64,000 nucleotides of DNA from Blastocystis sp. Blastoise (lineage: Eukaryota > Protista > Bigyra: Opalinata). Made by a program: the position numbers and the translations under genes. The notes under the pieces were generated by a model. The model made no database searches, was not told the origin of the DNA, and saw only the letters and a list, made by a program, of their open reading frames with translations. How positions within the stretch are numbered: position 1 is the first letter of the stretch; each line of letters starts with the position of its first letter. Shown here in pieces: positions 27,401-42,716 of the stretch. The DNA lies in assembly GCA_039096225.1 (NCBI GenBank), contig JBBPEB010000032.1:1-64000 (forward strand), read 5' to 3'.

Positions 27401-30400
27401 AAAACTCCTTAAATATGTACAAAAATGTCTATATATGTTTGGTTATAATAATTTAAAAATAAAGATGAATTCACTAATATAATAAAATTTGTTAGTCAAA
27501 TACTAAAAATTTTCGTAAAAATAGCTTTTATATTTTTTTTAATTTTTTATGACTCACTACTAAAATTACAAGTATTAGCACGTCATGCACTGCACTACTG
27601 ACATAAAAGTTTTGTATCCCACAACTTCCAGCTTTTAAAAAATAACTCATTTTTGTTGACTCTCTGATCTGTTGACTAACTCGTCTAGAAACTATTGATT
27701 TTGACTTAAGATGTTTGCACGTTACATAATTAACTCTAAAAATGACTTTTTGAGAGACTTTTATTTGATTCTGAGAAAAAACATTTTTTTTATAAGCTTT
27801 GACATACTTTGTGTATGCGGAACTTTGAGTCATAATAAAATTTAATGAAAAACCTTTTTTAAAACACTTGTGTCCTCTTATATACAATAAAATATAAATA
27901 GACTCAGTTTTGAACAAGAAAAATATTCCCGTAAATATTTTAAAAATTCAAAACTCTGGTCTGACTGCCCATGGAACAAATAGGCTCGGCTCAATTTTTC
28001 AGTGTAAAAAAAAAATAAATTTTTGACTTTTTGGCTGAATTTTGGTTCTGAGCCATGGAGGTCAGCTTATTCACTTTTACACATACTTGTGACTCTGAGA
28101 TGGTCTTCACTTTAAACACAACTATAAAATATTTTAAAATATTGACCCCATTATTTGTCGGAATTGCGACTTTAAAATAAAGAAAAACGTTTTTGATATT
28201 GTGTGACCCTCTATAAATAAAAAATAATGTCAATTCTTTATTAAAATATGTCTAATAGGGTTTTTAAAGTCTAATAAAACGTCGTCTTAAAATTTTTGTG
28301 AAAATTTTCATTTTTTTGCCTAAGTCTTTTTTTTATTCAAATTTTATTGGCTGAATAAGTTCTGAACGAAAATTAGCCAATCAAAAACCTTCAAAAACTC
28401 AAAAGTGCCTACCAGTGGATGAAAGACGTAATGAAATTTTGGGAAAGAATAATGCTTCTATTCGTTATCAATTTGTTCAATATAGTAATTATGATGATAG
28501 AGTACCTATTGATTCAAGTGGAATGAGTAAACCAAATGATTTCTCTGATACATTTTTAAGTAGTGAAACAAGAACAGGTGCTGGTTTCTGTAGCCGTTGT
28601 GGTCATACTTGTAAGGATGTGAATGGTGGTTTAATAGAAGCATTAAAAGAAATTGATAAATTCCCTGGTTGTACTCATATATTATTGGTATGTGGTGGAG
28701 ATCCTATGCATAATTTAGTAAAAGAATGTAAATTAGTATATCCCTATAGAGGAATTGATTTGAATGAACAATATCATATGATCTGTGAAACTATTGTTAA
28801 ACGTAATGTTAAAGTACATTTTATGCCTATTGAAAGAAAAGATATATTATTAAGTGCTGATAAATTAAGAGAAGAAATTGATAATAATGTTTTTGATGGT
28901 AAAAAAGTTGAAGGTAAAGATTATATATTTGATGAAGACTATTTGGTAGACCCTAATAGTAATAAAAGTAATGAGGAAACATTACAGAAAATGGAAGATA
29001 TGTTTGATGATATTCTTATTAATGAATATACTCAAGTATTAAATTCTGTGTAATCTTTATGTTTATTAAATTTTAATTATTTATTTATTTAAATTTTTAT
29101 GCACTTATATATTAATTATATTTTTGATTATCTATATATATAATTTGTAGTATTTGTATTTATTATATATTTCTCCTTTTTTCATTTAATAATATTATGC
29201 GTGAGTTTTGTTTTTAAAAATTTAATCATTGATAATATTCAGTGTAATATATATTAAAAATACTTTTATAGAAAATTCTCTTGTTAATTCAACATTTATT
29301 ATAAGGAAACTTAGGATTATTTATAATATACATGATAAATCCTATAATAAGCTTTTTAGTGTCAAAAACATTTTTTTTATGTATTATTATGATAATGCTC
29401 AAGGAAAATATTATTAAATAAAATGGGAATGGATATATATATACAACTAGTAAATAGAATGAATATATAATTATATTATAAATAGAATAATACTTAATAA
29501 ATTGTTTAGTGATAGTTCAACTAGTTAAGAGTTTCATTTGTATTATGATAATATGAAGAATATAGTTTTATTTATTAATCATATTGATAATCAGAGAATA
29601 GTCAATAGATTTGATGGATATATATATATATAAGAAATGGAAATAATAAAAATATACTAAAATATTAAGAATACTTTAATATGAATTGTTATTGAAAAAA
29701 TTTAACAAAAATAAAATATAAAGAATAATAATAGGTTCATTTTTCTCATGTTATTTATATTTAAATATATAATAAGTACACTTAATGATATTTTATTTAA
29801 TAAAAGTATAAATAAAAGTTATTAATTCTCATATAGTTCAATTAAAATATGATAATTTATGCTTAGATAATGCTTTAAATAAGTGTAACTTGATAGACAT
29901 ATGTAGCAATAATTTTGAACATAATAAGAAGTTTATTGAAGAAAGTATATTATTTTAATGTGATTTCATTTTAGAATAGAAGAATTCAGATCCAGTAATA
30001 TCTTTTTCATAAACATAGATTCATAATTTGACTTTCGAAAAAATTCAAATGAATAGATAAACATGTAAGTATGATCATCTATCTCAATTTGAATTATAAA
30101 ATGAATAATTTGTAATTATTTGATATTTGCTATATCTAACCATATTATTTTGATAGAATAGATAAGAATTTACTCTATTTTGATAATTTAATAAATATAA
30201 TAAGTACTCTTTTTGATAGTATAATGTAAATAGACATTTAAGACTTGAATATGAGCATATACTGAATTTTTATTTTTTAAAATAATCAATAATAAGGCAG
30301 AAATAATGAATAATGAGTTGTTTTTGAAAAAAAATTATAGAAAAAGACCTGAAAATGACTGAAAAAGAATCATGGATATTTATAAGAAAATAGTTCAATT

Positions 30401-30584
30401 TTCTTTTTTTTCAGGAAAAATATTCAAAAAAGTTGCAAGTTTTATTCTTTGCTTATCTCAATGAATCATCATATATGTTGCTAATTACAACATATTTTAA
30501 AGTATTTATTAATTATTCGTATAAAAGGTATCTTTTAAGCATAAGAGTATATTATTATTTTATCATTTTAGTTGAAAGTGAGTC

Positions 30585-32338
30585 ATGTCAGACACCGAAT
30601 TTCATTTTACTGATGATAAATGTATTTAAATATGAAGATCAATATTTTAGTATATTTTTAGATTTGTTTACATTTCAAGATGAGACGAAATTATGGATTT
30701 CTAAAGAATTTATTAAGAAACATCAGCAATTACCCTTTTATGATATCATTAAACACTCTGAGAAATATGGGGATGGTAGCTATTATATAGATATACTTCC
30801 TTTTCATATTGAAAAAGTGATTTCTTTTTTAATGGACGAAACTATGGATATTTCTTCTTTAAATCTGCGAGATAGTTATGATATATATAAAACATTTGTT
30901 GATTACCCATTTACGATTGATAATGAAATTCAAAATGATTTATTATATCATGTTAAAGAGCTATTTGTTAATTATTTAAAAGAAAATTCATATTATGTAT
31001 ATGACTGTTTTGGCGACGATGATAAGCTGCAAATTCCTATGATTTTATTTAGTTCAAATATTAAAAAAATATATATACAAGGTAATTCTATAATATTTTC
31101 AAAATAGAAATATTATTTATTAGGATTATTTAGTCAACAACAAAAAGATGATTTATTATATTATTCATTACTTTTTAAAATGATGAATGTTATTAGAGTG
31201 GAGATTGAATGTATATATATTATATTATATATTATATATTAATAGAAATATAGATGAATATTCCTCAAATATTCCAGTAGAATATATATGTCCATCATGT
31301 ATTAAAGATATATTCCCTTCATTAGAAGAATTAAAAATAACTGGTATATATATAATTAATATTAATAAATATATATAGCAATTACACATTATAAGAAAAC
31401 TAATCAATTATTGAATCCAAATAGCGATGAATACACTAAGGAATATATTCGTTTAGAGGATACATATAAATATAAAGAAAATAAACCTTATGATTATGAT
31501 TATTACACAGAATCAGAAATGAATGAATATAATAAGATTTCTTCTTTATATTTTGATAATTCATATTATTCCCATGATTCTATTGATTCCTATAATGGAA
31601 AAAGACAAAAGAATGAATTACCTAAGTTATATAAATATATAGTTAATGAAGCTATATATACAGATAATTATTCACATGTAGAAACAAGTAAAACAGAAGA
31701 AGAATATACGATTAAGGATCAAGTTAGAATTATATATGATGGTATATATTCTTTAAAATCATATAACTTATTATCATTATATATAGATAAAGCAAATGAT
31801 AAAACATTTTGGTATATAATTATGTTATATTATATAATGAATTAATTTAAACATATATAATTAATAGCATTAATGAAATATCATCAAAATGGGGTATATC
31901 TCAATTATTAAGTCTTCCTTCCTATTTATTAATTTCAAGAATCAGATTAGATCCATGTATATTGATATATAATATATATATAAGAATTCATTTTAGATAT
32001 TAATTCAAATAATGATGTTATCATCTTTATAAAACTATTAGAAGAAGGTGTTTTTGATTCTTTAACTATATTAACTATCAATTGGAGTATTCTTTAATTG
32101 TTATTATTTTTAATATAATTTCTTTATATAGTTATCAGTTTAACTCGTAGAATTGATAATAATCTATTTAACAAAGTTATAACAACTCACGTATTTCCAA
32201 ATGTTACTGAACTAGTATATGATGATGATGATGGTATATATACATTTATATGTATATTTATATATATATAGAATATTTCGAATCATCTATAATACAAAAA
32301 GAATGCTTCCCAAAATTACATATAGTCAATTATAATAC

Positions 32339-32380
<42 letters not shown>

Positions 32381-33078
32381 GTATAATGTACTAGATACTG
32401 CAAGTTGTGAATCAACATTTCCTATGAATTTAATATCTTCAATTGATATTATTCATCTAAATAAAATTGATAATGATCAACAACAGAAAATGGCAATTTT
32501 TCTGGATAGTTTGGTTTATACTCATTCGATTCACATTGATGGAATTGGTATATATATATACATATATAAATTTAAATCAATATATGTATATTAGTATTCA
32601 TAAAGTTTATATACGTGTTTATAGATAATATGATTTATTATTTTCCACATTTAAAAGAATTATTAGAGAATAAACTTATTTCTGTTCATAAATTCTATAG
32701 TATATAATATTTATTATTTAGTATATATTATTTATTATTTATTATTTATTATTTATTATTTAGTATATATTATTTATTATTTATTATATAAAGTTGATTC
32801 TGTTAATTCTGAAAATGTCAAAAAATTAGATTATTTTGAAAATTATAAGCAGAACATTGATTATTTAAATATTAGTTTTAGTATAATTATATTTAATAAA
32901 TATATTAAATTGATATATATAATTCTATTAAAAATGTTTATTGTTTTATAGGTGATGAAATATATAAAGATGGTACAAATAAAACAAATATAAGAAATTC
33001 TTTCGAACGATTTTTCAAGAATGACTTTCTACAACATTTAAATACTTTAGTTGTTTCATGTAATTTTTTTCTTTATAT

Positions 33079-33109
<31 letters not shown>

Positions 33110-34405
33110 TTTGAAATACTATCTACAGTGTACAATGATATAAGTATTGAATATTTAACATGGATATATACTCTCTTTAATAGCATTAACTGTAATACTA
33201 TTCATGAAATAACAATTGATTGTATGTTATATTATAAATCCCAACAATAAATATATATATATAGTATATTCTTATGGAGAACAAATATCATCTGAATATT
33301 TAATTATACTTGAAAATATAATGAAACAATTGATATCAATGGCTGCCATTATAACTATTACAAGTAATTATTTATATATATATGATTCATATTAATTTTG
33401 TTATGAATCTAACTATTAATATAAATAGGTAATATGGCTTTTATAAACCGATTAATTCGCAAGGGTTGTTTTCATAATACAACTCAATTAACTTTATGTA
33501 TATATATATTTAAATATAATTCTTTTATAATATATACTATATTTCATTCTCTTTTTATATGAATATTATTTAGTAATTAATGATCAACCTAATGATACAT
33601 TTTGTGAACTATATACTATAAATAATTTCCCTCAATTAAAGTCTATTCAATTTGGTATATAATAATATTATTATTATAGATCATAATTATTTATATATAT
33701 TTTTTTATTATTTATTTATATATATATATATAGGACAATATGAGAATAGAAAATGGTGGTGTGATTTTATTATACAATTATGTAGATATATTCATAACAG
33801 AAATTTTCCATCATCCAGTATTATTCAATTAGTTGGTATATAAATAATAATGATTCAAATGCATATTTTATTAATATTATAATTATATAGATACAAGTTG
33901 TGATGATGATTATATTTATAATCCAAATACTTCTATTCTTCAGTCTAAATATTGTTTTCATTTATCGATAGATTCAATTATTGGTACAAAAGGTATATAT
34001 ATACATATACCTAACATATTATTTAATTATATATAGAAAAAGAAATATGTGATTATGAGATAGAAACATTATTTGATTCTATTGATAGAAACAAAATTCA
34101 TAATTTAAAACATTTGGAATTATGTATTCAAATAATAAATATTTTATATTCTATTTCGTTTTTATAGATATTTGTGATGAAGACCAATTACCCAAACTTA
34201 TCGATTATATAACTTATGGAAAAATTCCTAAATTGAAAGAATTTATTTGTAATATAAGTATATATATAGTTAATTATTATATTGATACTCTATAGATTAT
34301 GATATTTCACTTAGTGAATTTGATATGTATGAAAAACAATTATCTGATTCTCCATTTATACAAAATAATCATATGTATATAAATTTCAATAAATATATAA
34401 ATTAA
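30585..34405 (+). CDS. Multi-exon BTB-like + degenerate LRR-like protein, paralogue of 7083-11182
   Basis: ATG 30585 (MSDTEFHFTDDK|YLFTFQDETKLWISKEFI...). Same intron positions and the same near-identical exon (SNIPVEYICPSCIKDIFPSL). Stop TAA at about 34403-34405. Confidence 0.75.
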
Positions 34406-35562
34406 TTTTTTTGAAAATATTTAATGTTTATATTATTTTTTATTATTTTTATAATTTTTGGCATAATTATTTTTTGTCTATTAACGTTTTTATATAATAT
34501 ATATAATAAATTAAATTCTTTTTTTGCTTTATTTTTAAAATATAAAAAAAATAGTAACCAAATTAAATATATGTTATTCATATATACAAATAATATACAG
34601 TATTGAATATAGTTTATTGTTTATGATGAAACTATTGTTATAGTGTTTACTAAGTATTAACATTATAAATATATATACAAAACTGTAACCATTTCAATAA
34701 TACTCTTAAGTTGGCGAAAAAAAAAATTTAATTATTTTTTAACAAAAATAAAAAATAGTTTTTGTCTCCTTCCTCTTATATCTAATACTGTAATATTCTT
34801 AATATTTTATATTTTCATTTCTTATCATTATTGTTATTCATTAACATTCTATTAACTCTTGATTATTATTATATTTTCGTTATTCTATGATCTACTATTA
34901 TTTCCAGACACTTCCTTCATTTAGTAACAGCTGTTATGACCATAGTTGACAGCCACTTTCAGTCAGACTTAATGACTAAATACAAAAATAATTATACACC
35001 TTAAAATATATATCTTGATGACAATAGAAACAAGATAATTCCATTCAATAACGTGGGAAGCTACTGATCACTCAAGAATATATGTATAACTATGTAAATA
35101 AATAATATTATATTTATATATATCAATATCATGATAAAAAAGTAAAACAAATAATAATTATATAATTAAAGAGTTTAGATATGATTATAAATTGATTGAG
35201 TATATAGATAACTACATAATAAATTTATTTAATACACAATTTTATGTTTTTACCAAATAATTAGATTAAATAATACAATAACATATGCTATTTATTAACA
35301 ATATTTTAATAGGAATAAATTTAGATTCAAACAATGTTATCCGAAATATTACATACTGCATTAAACGAATCAAAGTCAGTTAAAATAGAATAAAAGACAA
35401 TAAATTAAAAAAAGAAGAAACACAAATTAATATTTGATTATTTCAAATTTTTCTCTATTTTCTGACAAAAAAACCTTGAATATCATTTTTTAATAAATAT
35501 ACAATCAAAATTACTTCTTTGACTTTGTTTTGAAAGATATTGATAAGATCTAGAAGAAAATA

Positions 35563-38500
35563 ATGATACATAATATATGCTTTATAACTTTGATTCTACT
35601 GATGTTACTAGATCAGAGTAAGTACTAACTTAATTTATATACTATATATATATAGGTTTCACAGCATGCCCAGAAAATACTATTGAAACCATTGTTACAC
35701 GACAATATGGGAATTGGGTACAATATGAAAGATTTTCAATTTATCAAGGTACTAGATCTAGTGGAACACTGGTTATTGACATGCAAGGAAACAATGGGCA
35801 AGAGTATTATCTTGAAACATTCAAACTCTGCTTAAAACCTACTCTTCACACAGTTGTAGCCATTTCTTCGTAATTATTTTAGTTTAGGAATATCTATTTT
35901 GTTTGATTTGAATAAAGCGTAGTGTTGTTAAATATATTTATTATGTTTCTTCTTTTTTTATGCATATTATTTGCAAAGAAAAATATATTATTGATATGAA
36001 ATATTTTTTTTTTCTTAAATTCTTTTTTAAAAATTTATTTCAATATTAAAAAAATAATAATATTAATATTTTTTTATATAGTTGGGGAAAAGGTTGGAGT
36101 TATGGTTCTTATATAATGTTATCTATTCATTTATCCGTATTAAGTAAATATACTTTGAGTCAAGGTTCTTATGGTGAATTCTCTTTCTATCGTAAATATA
36201 TGTTTAATTTATATTTGCATTTTATTAATAATTCTATTATAAAAATTTCTTCATAACTATAAAGACTAATATTATATATATATAGCTTATTACATACTAG
36301 ATACTAGTAGTTCATGGAGATATACATCTACTCCTATTCCTTATAAAGAATGGATTTATTATTCTTATGATGATTCGAATTGGAATTATTATTATAGTGG
36401 TCGATTTCCTACTCCTTCTTCTATTACTCGTTACTATAGACGTACTATTCAAATCAATAAAGATATTTCTGGCATTACGTTATTAGAATTATCCATTAAA
36501 TCAAAAGAAGGTATTATTATCTATATAAATTCAAAATTATTAACTTATCATTATGTTCAAAATACCGATCTATCTCCCAATGATTATGCAATTCAATCAG
36601 ATCCAGCATATACCTTAAAATCGTATTCAGGTAGTTATCAATATTATGTTGGTAATTCTACAGATATTATTATAGCTATTGAAGTTCATCAAGCAAAGAA
36701 TGTACCTATTACTAATGATGAATTTGAAGCTACATTATTATTTCTATCTGGAGATCAAGTACAACGTAGTATTAATGGCACATCTACTTCTACTCCTCTA
36801 TATAAAGAAGAAAATAAAGCTGATAATGCATTTGATGGTGTATATACAACGAAATGGTCAGGATTAATGATCAATGAACGTGCTTCCTTATTATATACAT
36901 TCCCAAATCAACGTAAAGAATGGATTAATACAATAGATATGGCATGTGATGTTTCGGATTATAAATCTCTTCCTAAATCCTTCTTTATTTCTGGATCTAA
37001 TGATAATGGCACTACTTGGGAACCTATTGCTTTCTATAGTAATTTAATGTTTACGAATATCAATGATTTACAAACATTTTATTTCTTATCTAATATACAT
37101 CTATTTAATATTATCAATATTACATTTACAGAAACCTATCAAACCTCTACTTATGTCTCTGTATTAAATATCAATTTCTATGCAAGTAATAAAGAGATTC
37201 TACAAGAATATTCTTATGGCTCTGATTCATTTACTTGGTTTATTAGTATAGAGAAAGTGAATATCTCTCCTTTTCATTCTGGTGTATCCGATTATAGAAT
37301 GAAATCTCCTTCTTCTCTTCCTAAAGGATTGACATTAGATTCTATTTCTGGAACTATTAGTGGATATCCTACAGTTACTTTTAGTGATGATTTTATTATA
37401 GAAGCGTATAGCTATTTATATGAGAAAACTATTACTATTACATTTCATGTAGATATCTTAGTGTGTAGTAATGATAAATATGTAATTGTTGATTTAATAA
37501 AGAATTCAGCAGCTGCTTCTTATGAATATGAATATATAGAATTAATTAATATAAATAATACTACTATATATTTAGATCATGCTATTTCTTCTTCTACATA
37601 TTATAGAACCTTATGTTTATTAAAAGGTATATATATACTACGTTTATCATCATCAGGATCTATTTCTTGGTCTACTTCTTCTAATTTAAAAATATCCTTA
37701 AGAGATGATATTTACTCAAATACTATTTTCTATGGTACTTTACATAATGGATATTCACAAGAATCTCCAATTGCATTAGATTATCTGATAAATAACCGTG
37801 ATTCTTCTGTTCTTTGTAAATTAGATAATGATACATTCATAGATTCTACTTGGTATACAAATGATTATTTTACTTCTTCTTCTTCTTCTCCTATAACAAA
37901 TACATGGTTTTCATGTTTAAATACGTCTTCTCGATTGAAATATAATAGTTATAATCGTTATTATCGTACTACAATTAATATTGATGATACTAATAAATAT
38001 CAAGGTATGGAAATCATATTAAAAGGTCCTAATGGTGTATTATTATATATAAATGAACAAATAGCTTATAAAACAGATCTTAATGATACTTCTATTCCTA
38101 TTACTGATAATACTATGCCTTCTAATAATAATACTAGCGTTACTCATAGAACTATTTCTTTATCAATGTATTATTTTCATAATGGTATCAATACTATTGC
38201 TTTTGCTACTCTATATAGTAGAACAACAAAATTACCTTATACAAATAATGTAGAATTAAGTATACATTATTTATCATCTAGTGCTATATATCCTAGACTA
38301 TGGAATATATTTGGTTCTATTAATACTACGGAAGTAGATAATTATGTTTCTGTTTTATTTGATTTGAAGTACTATATTTCATTTACTTTATCTTATAAAA
38401 CTCAAGTTGAAAAACCACGATTAATATCTGTATTTTATGAATCTAAATATCGATTTGAATATATTAATAAGTATTGTATTACTATTAATTCTAATTATCC

Positions 38501-41500
38501 TAACAATGGAATTGAATCATGGGCATTCTATGGTTGTGATTATGAACAATTAAATTGTATATTATTAGATACTCAAGAAGATATGAAATGGAGTTCTTCT
38601 ATTAGTAGACGATGTTTCTATACATATCCTCATATACAATCCTATCCTATTTATTTATTATATATATATAAACCTAAAGAAGATAATCAATATAATTCTC
38701 AAATGAATCAATTAGAATTTTATATGTTTAATGAGAATTCTATTCTTATTCCTGAATTAACATATTCTCTAAATCCTATTATTGGATATATAGGAATAGA
38801 TATATCTACTTCTTATCCTAATGATTATTATTTATCATTCAGTATTATAGAAGGAACATTACCAAAAGGATTATCTTTTAATTTCTATACAGGTATTATT
38901 GTAGGTATACCTTTAGAAACTACAGATAATACTATTATTATTATACAAGGAAGAGATATTCGAAATGAATATAAGAATGCTACATTAACTATACAAATAT
39001 ATACATGTATATCTCCAAATATATTATTTAAATCTGTGTTTTCTCCATCTTGGGATGATACTTATAATTCATTTTCTTATTATATTCAAGATAGAGAAAC
39101 AAAAGAAATTATTGGTAATTATACTCATTATACTAAAATAACAGATAATATAGTTTCTAATTGTCGAAAAACATTTGATTATTCGATTACTTTAATTACT
39201 CAAAGTGATTATGGTTGGCTTTCTTCTTCTGTTACTGTTCTATTAAAAGATGGTACGAGTGTATTTACAGGCACTTTATCTCCTTCAGAATATGAAAAAG
39301 AATATTATTTTTCTGTATATGATGTTTTATTACCTAATGAAATACAATGGACTTATTATGATGATACTTTAACTCATAATCCTCTTCCATCTGATTGGAT
39401 GAAGATAGATTATCAACCAATAGGATGGAAGACAGAAACTATATTAAATATGTCCCCACCTCAAGGTATAACACAATATTATCGTATGAATTATTATATT
39501 ACTACATTACAGAATATAGCTGTTCTTTCTTATACAATAACATTAAGAGGTGGTTGTATATTATATATAAATGGAAAAGAAACATTTCGATATGGATTAG
39601 AAAATATATCTATAACTCGTGATACATTCTCTATATTTGATCCTTATTTACCTGAAACAGTAGGTGGAAGTATTCATTTACAATTAAGTCCTGCTTCTAT
39701 AAATATAGGGAATAATACTATAGCTGTAGAAATACATCGTGGTAAACGTATATTTAGTGATACTATATTTAGTGCTAGCTTTGTACCTATATTAAATAAT
39801 ATACGTAATCAGAATAATGGTTATGGATCTACTTCTTATGAAGATACTAATAATCAATATTATATTCAAAATGCATTTGATAATAATAAGAACACTGTTT
39901 ATAGATATAACTCACAATGTGTTGGTGTTTCTATTTCATATATTTATAATAATCAAATAAAAGAATATATTAATCGATATTCTATAAGTAATTCATATTT
40001 TTGTAATATATATACTCCTTCAGGATGGACATTAGAAGGTTCTAATGATAATATTAATTATACTATTATACATCAAGTAAAACAACAATATTTTATGTAT
40101 TCATATGAAGAAAAAGTTTATTCTATTATTAGTGATATTCCTTATTATATATATAAGTTAACTATTGATGAATGTGAAAATAATTATCTTGAAAGTGATG
40201 AAAAATCTTTATGTACTTCAGAATTAGCTGCTCAAATATCTGAATTCTCATTATTCACAGGACTTATGGATAATTATTGTACATCAATTGATGGATATCC
40301 TTCTGTTTATTATGGAGAATATTCATATAAATCTTGTGGATTATTTTATACAGGTCAAAAGAAACGACTCTGTTCAGATAAAGGTATTTGGGGTAATGAA
40401 GATAGTAAGAATTGTATTTTATCTCCTACAACTATATTTAATTATGATCAATCAATCTATTTATTATATGCTTCAACATCTATACGTATAAATGTTCCTT
40501 TCATAGATGCTCTCTATATGAATTTCACTAGTTCTCCTTCTCTTCCTTCTTCTTTCTCATTAAATACAGCTACTGGTGTTATTACTAGTATTCCTTCTTC
40601 TACTTATATTCCTCTTACACAATATACTATAACTGCTTCTTCTAGTCATTATAATACTACTATATCCACAATTTTATGTATATCTGTTGCCACAGATATG
40701 AATCGTGATTTCTGTAAAGAAGATGATGTATGGTCAAGAACCTATCAAGGAAATACTACGACTATCGATTGTCCTTCTGGTTTTAGTGGTTATTATCAAC
40801 GATCTTGTATTCCTCCTTCAACTCCGAATGGAATTCCTTCTTGGTCTTCTATTGAGAATCATTGTGTTTTATCTTCTAATTATATAGTTTTATCCTATCC
40901 ACATTCATCTTATGTATTTGTATTGAATCGAACTGTTTCTGTTGAACCTATAGTAACTTCAGGTATCGTTGAGAAATGGTCTATTACTCCTTCTTCTCTT
41001 CCTAATGGTCTTCTATTTAATAATGGAATTATTTCAGGAATACCTTTATTATATACAGAAAAGAATAATTATACAATAACAGCAGAAGGTCAATATAATA
41101 ACGTTACTATTCTATTAATAATAAGTACTGATACTTATTTATGTTTTGAAGATGGTGAATGGCCTCCAGCTAGATATAATACAGATAATTATTTATCTTG
41201 TCCTGATGGATATATAGGTATACGAGAACGAAGATGTTTAGATTCTACATCTTCAAAGAATTTCTATGTAACAGAAGATGGATATACTGCTATAAAATGG
41301 GATCAAGAACATTATAATTGTAAATTAAAATCTCCTTCTATTTCTATGACTCCTTCTTATATACAAGCAGTGATTAATTCTGAATTATATCCTATTACTC
41401 CATTATGTATAGGTATATGTACTTCATGGTCTATTATTCCTTCTCTTCCTGAAGGACTTATTATGAATGTAACTACAGGTACTATCACAGGTATACCTAA

Positions 41501-42716
41501 ATCTCCTTATTCTGAATCTATTCATATGATTATTGCTTCAAATACTGATAATTATTCATATATACCTATATCAATAACAGTAATCAATCCTCAATGTCCT
41601 GCAGAAGGTCGTTTTCCTGCTACAAATAAAGGAGAAACAATCACTTTAGATTGTGGAGATCTATATAAAGAAGGTTCTATTACACGAATATGTAGTAATG
41701 ATTATATACCCAAATGGACTAATATATCCGATACGTGTATATATAAAACACCTGTAGTTACTTATCCTATTACTTATATTGTAGCTTATATACAAGATCC
41801 ATTAATAGGAATATCTCCTAATATTCAGAATTATATTAATTCATGGACTGTAACTCCTGATTTCCCCACGGGAATCACATTAAATACGAAAAGTGGAGTT
41901 ATTGAAGGAACACCTATTATACTATCATCTTTAAAACCTTATAAAATAACTGCAAGTAATCCAGATAAGCAAGTGACTATAGATATACAACTAGTGATTC
42001 GAGAACATACATGTAAAGAAGAAGATGATTGGCCAGAAACTTCTATTGGTCAAACAGCTTATTTATTATGTACTTCTATTCGAACTTCTTATAGAGCACG
42101 TGAATGTGTTCGTAATGGAGTTTCTGCTCTATGGTCCAATGAAAATAGAACACGTTGTTTATTACCTTCTTCTTCTCCTTCTTCTTCTTATGTATATATA
42201 GAGTATACTATATATATATCAGGAATAAGAAGTGAATCAATTCAAGGAAAACAAATTTACATATTATTAAATACATTAGATAGTTATTTATCTGTTTATT
42301 CTATTCCTTCTTCTCATATATGGATTATGTCATTAGAAGATATATATCTTAATAATAATAATAAGATTCGTATGATTATTCGTATTATGGATATTAAAAG
42401 AGAAGTTGAGAAATGGAAGGATACAGTATATCATTATCTTATGAATGAATATAAAGATGCAAATAATGATATTCAAGTATTATTATCGGATTGTACAATC
42501 ACTAGTAATTATGATGACATACATATTATAGAAAATATCAGTAATGGTTCTTTAATATATATTATTATCGGTAGTGTAATAGGAATAACAGTATTCATTA
42601 TTGTCGGATATTTTATTTATCATTATTGTAAATATCATATAGTGAATAATAATTATAATCGTAAGGTATATAAAGATATATATATCAAACAAGGTTTACT
42701 CTCGTCTATACAATAA
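35563..42716 (+). CDS. Giant type I surface protein (signal peptide, discoidin/galactose-binding-like, putative-Ig and Cys-rich HRM-like repeats, SEA-like module, TM), about 2,250 aa
   Basis: Signal-like MIHNICFITLILLMLLDQ at 35563. Three 5' introns (about 35618-35655, 35870-36081, 36192-36285), then a long exon containing ORF 36867..42716. LPKGL...TG.I.G.P repeats. TM IYIIIGSVIGITVFIIVGYFIY. Confidence 0.82.

Larger units (their letters stand above)
18359..28417. mobile_element. CACTA/CMC-like non-autonomous TIR element (CACTG ends) carrying a gene fragment; 10,059 bp, or 6,860 bp without the nested Helitron
   Basis: Left end CACTGGTAGGCAtttt (18359). Right end aaaagTGCCTACCAGTG (28417). 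12-bp perfect TIR. GAT TSD at 18356-18358 and 28418-28420. Shared inverted subterminal motifs: aaaaattttaagac 18415/28284, ttcagcca 18433/28348, ttcgttcagaa 18498/28360. Confidence 0.88.
18257..29053 (+). pseudogene. Small vWA-like domain protein gene (about 244 aa reconstructed) interrupted by the CACTA-like element; coding parts 18257-18358 and 28421-29053
   Basis: ATG 18257 gives MNLVVSIVICTSGNQHQYYDYIKQFFGNVLNVLD. After removing 18359-28417 and one GAT it continues in frame ERRNEILGKNNASIRYQFVQYSNYDD...DVNGGLIEAL...HILLVCGGDPMH...VKVHFMPI. This is a vWA beta-alpha pattern with a degenerate MIDAS (CTSGN instead of DxSxS). Confidence 0.8.

Noticed and set aside
27528-28233. 129-aa and 80-aa minus-strand ORFs in the element's subterminal region as transposase remnants
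   Set aside because: Non-ATG starts, no DDE or other recognisable motifs, and composition typical of non-coding subterminal DNA.
28415-29053. Independent 212-aa gene starting at GTG, or an element-encoded transposase
   Set aside because: The GTG is the last 3 nt of the TIR. The ORF lies outside the element and is the 3' part of the vWA-like gene starting at 18257.
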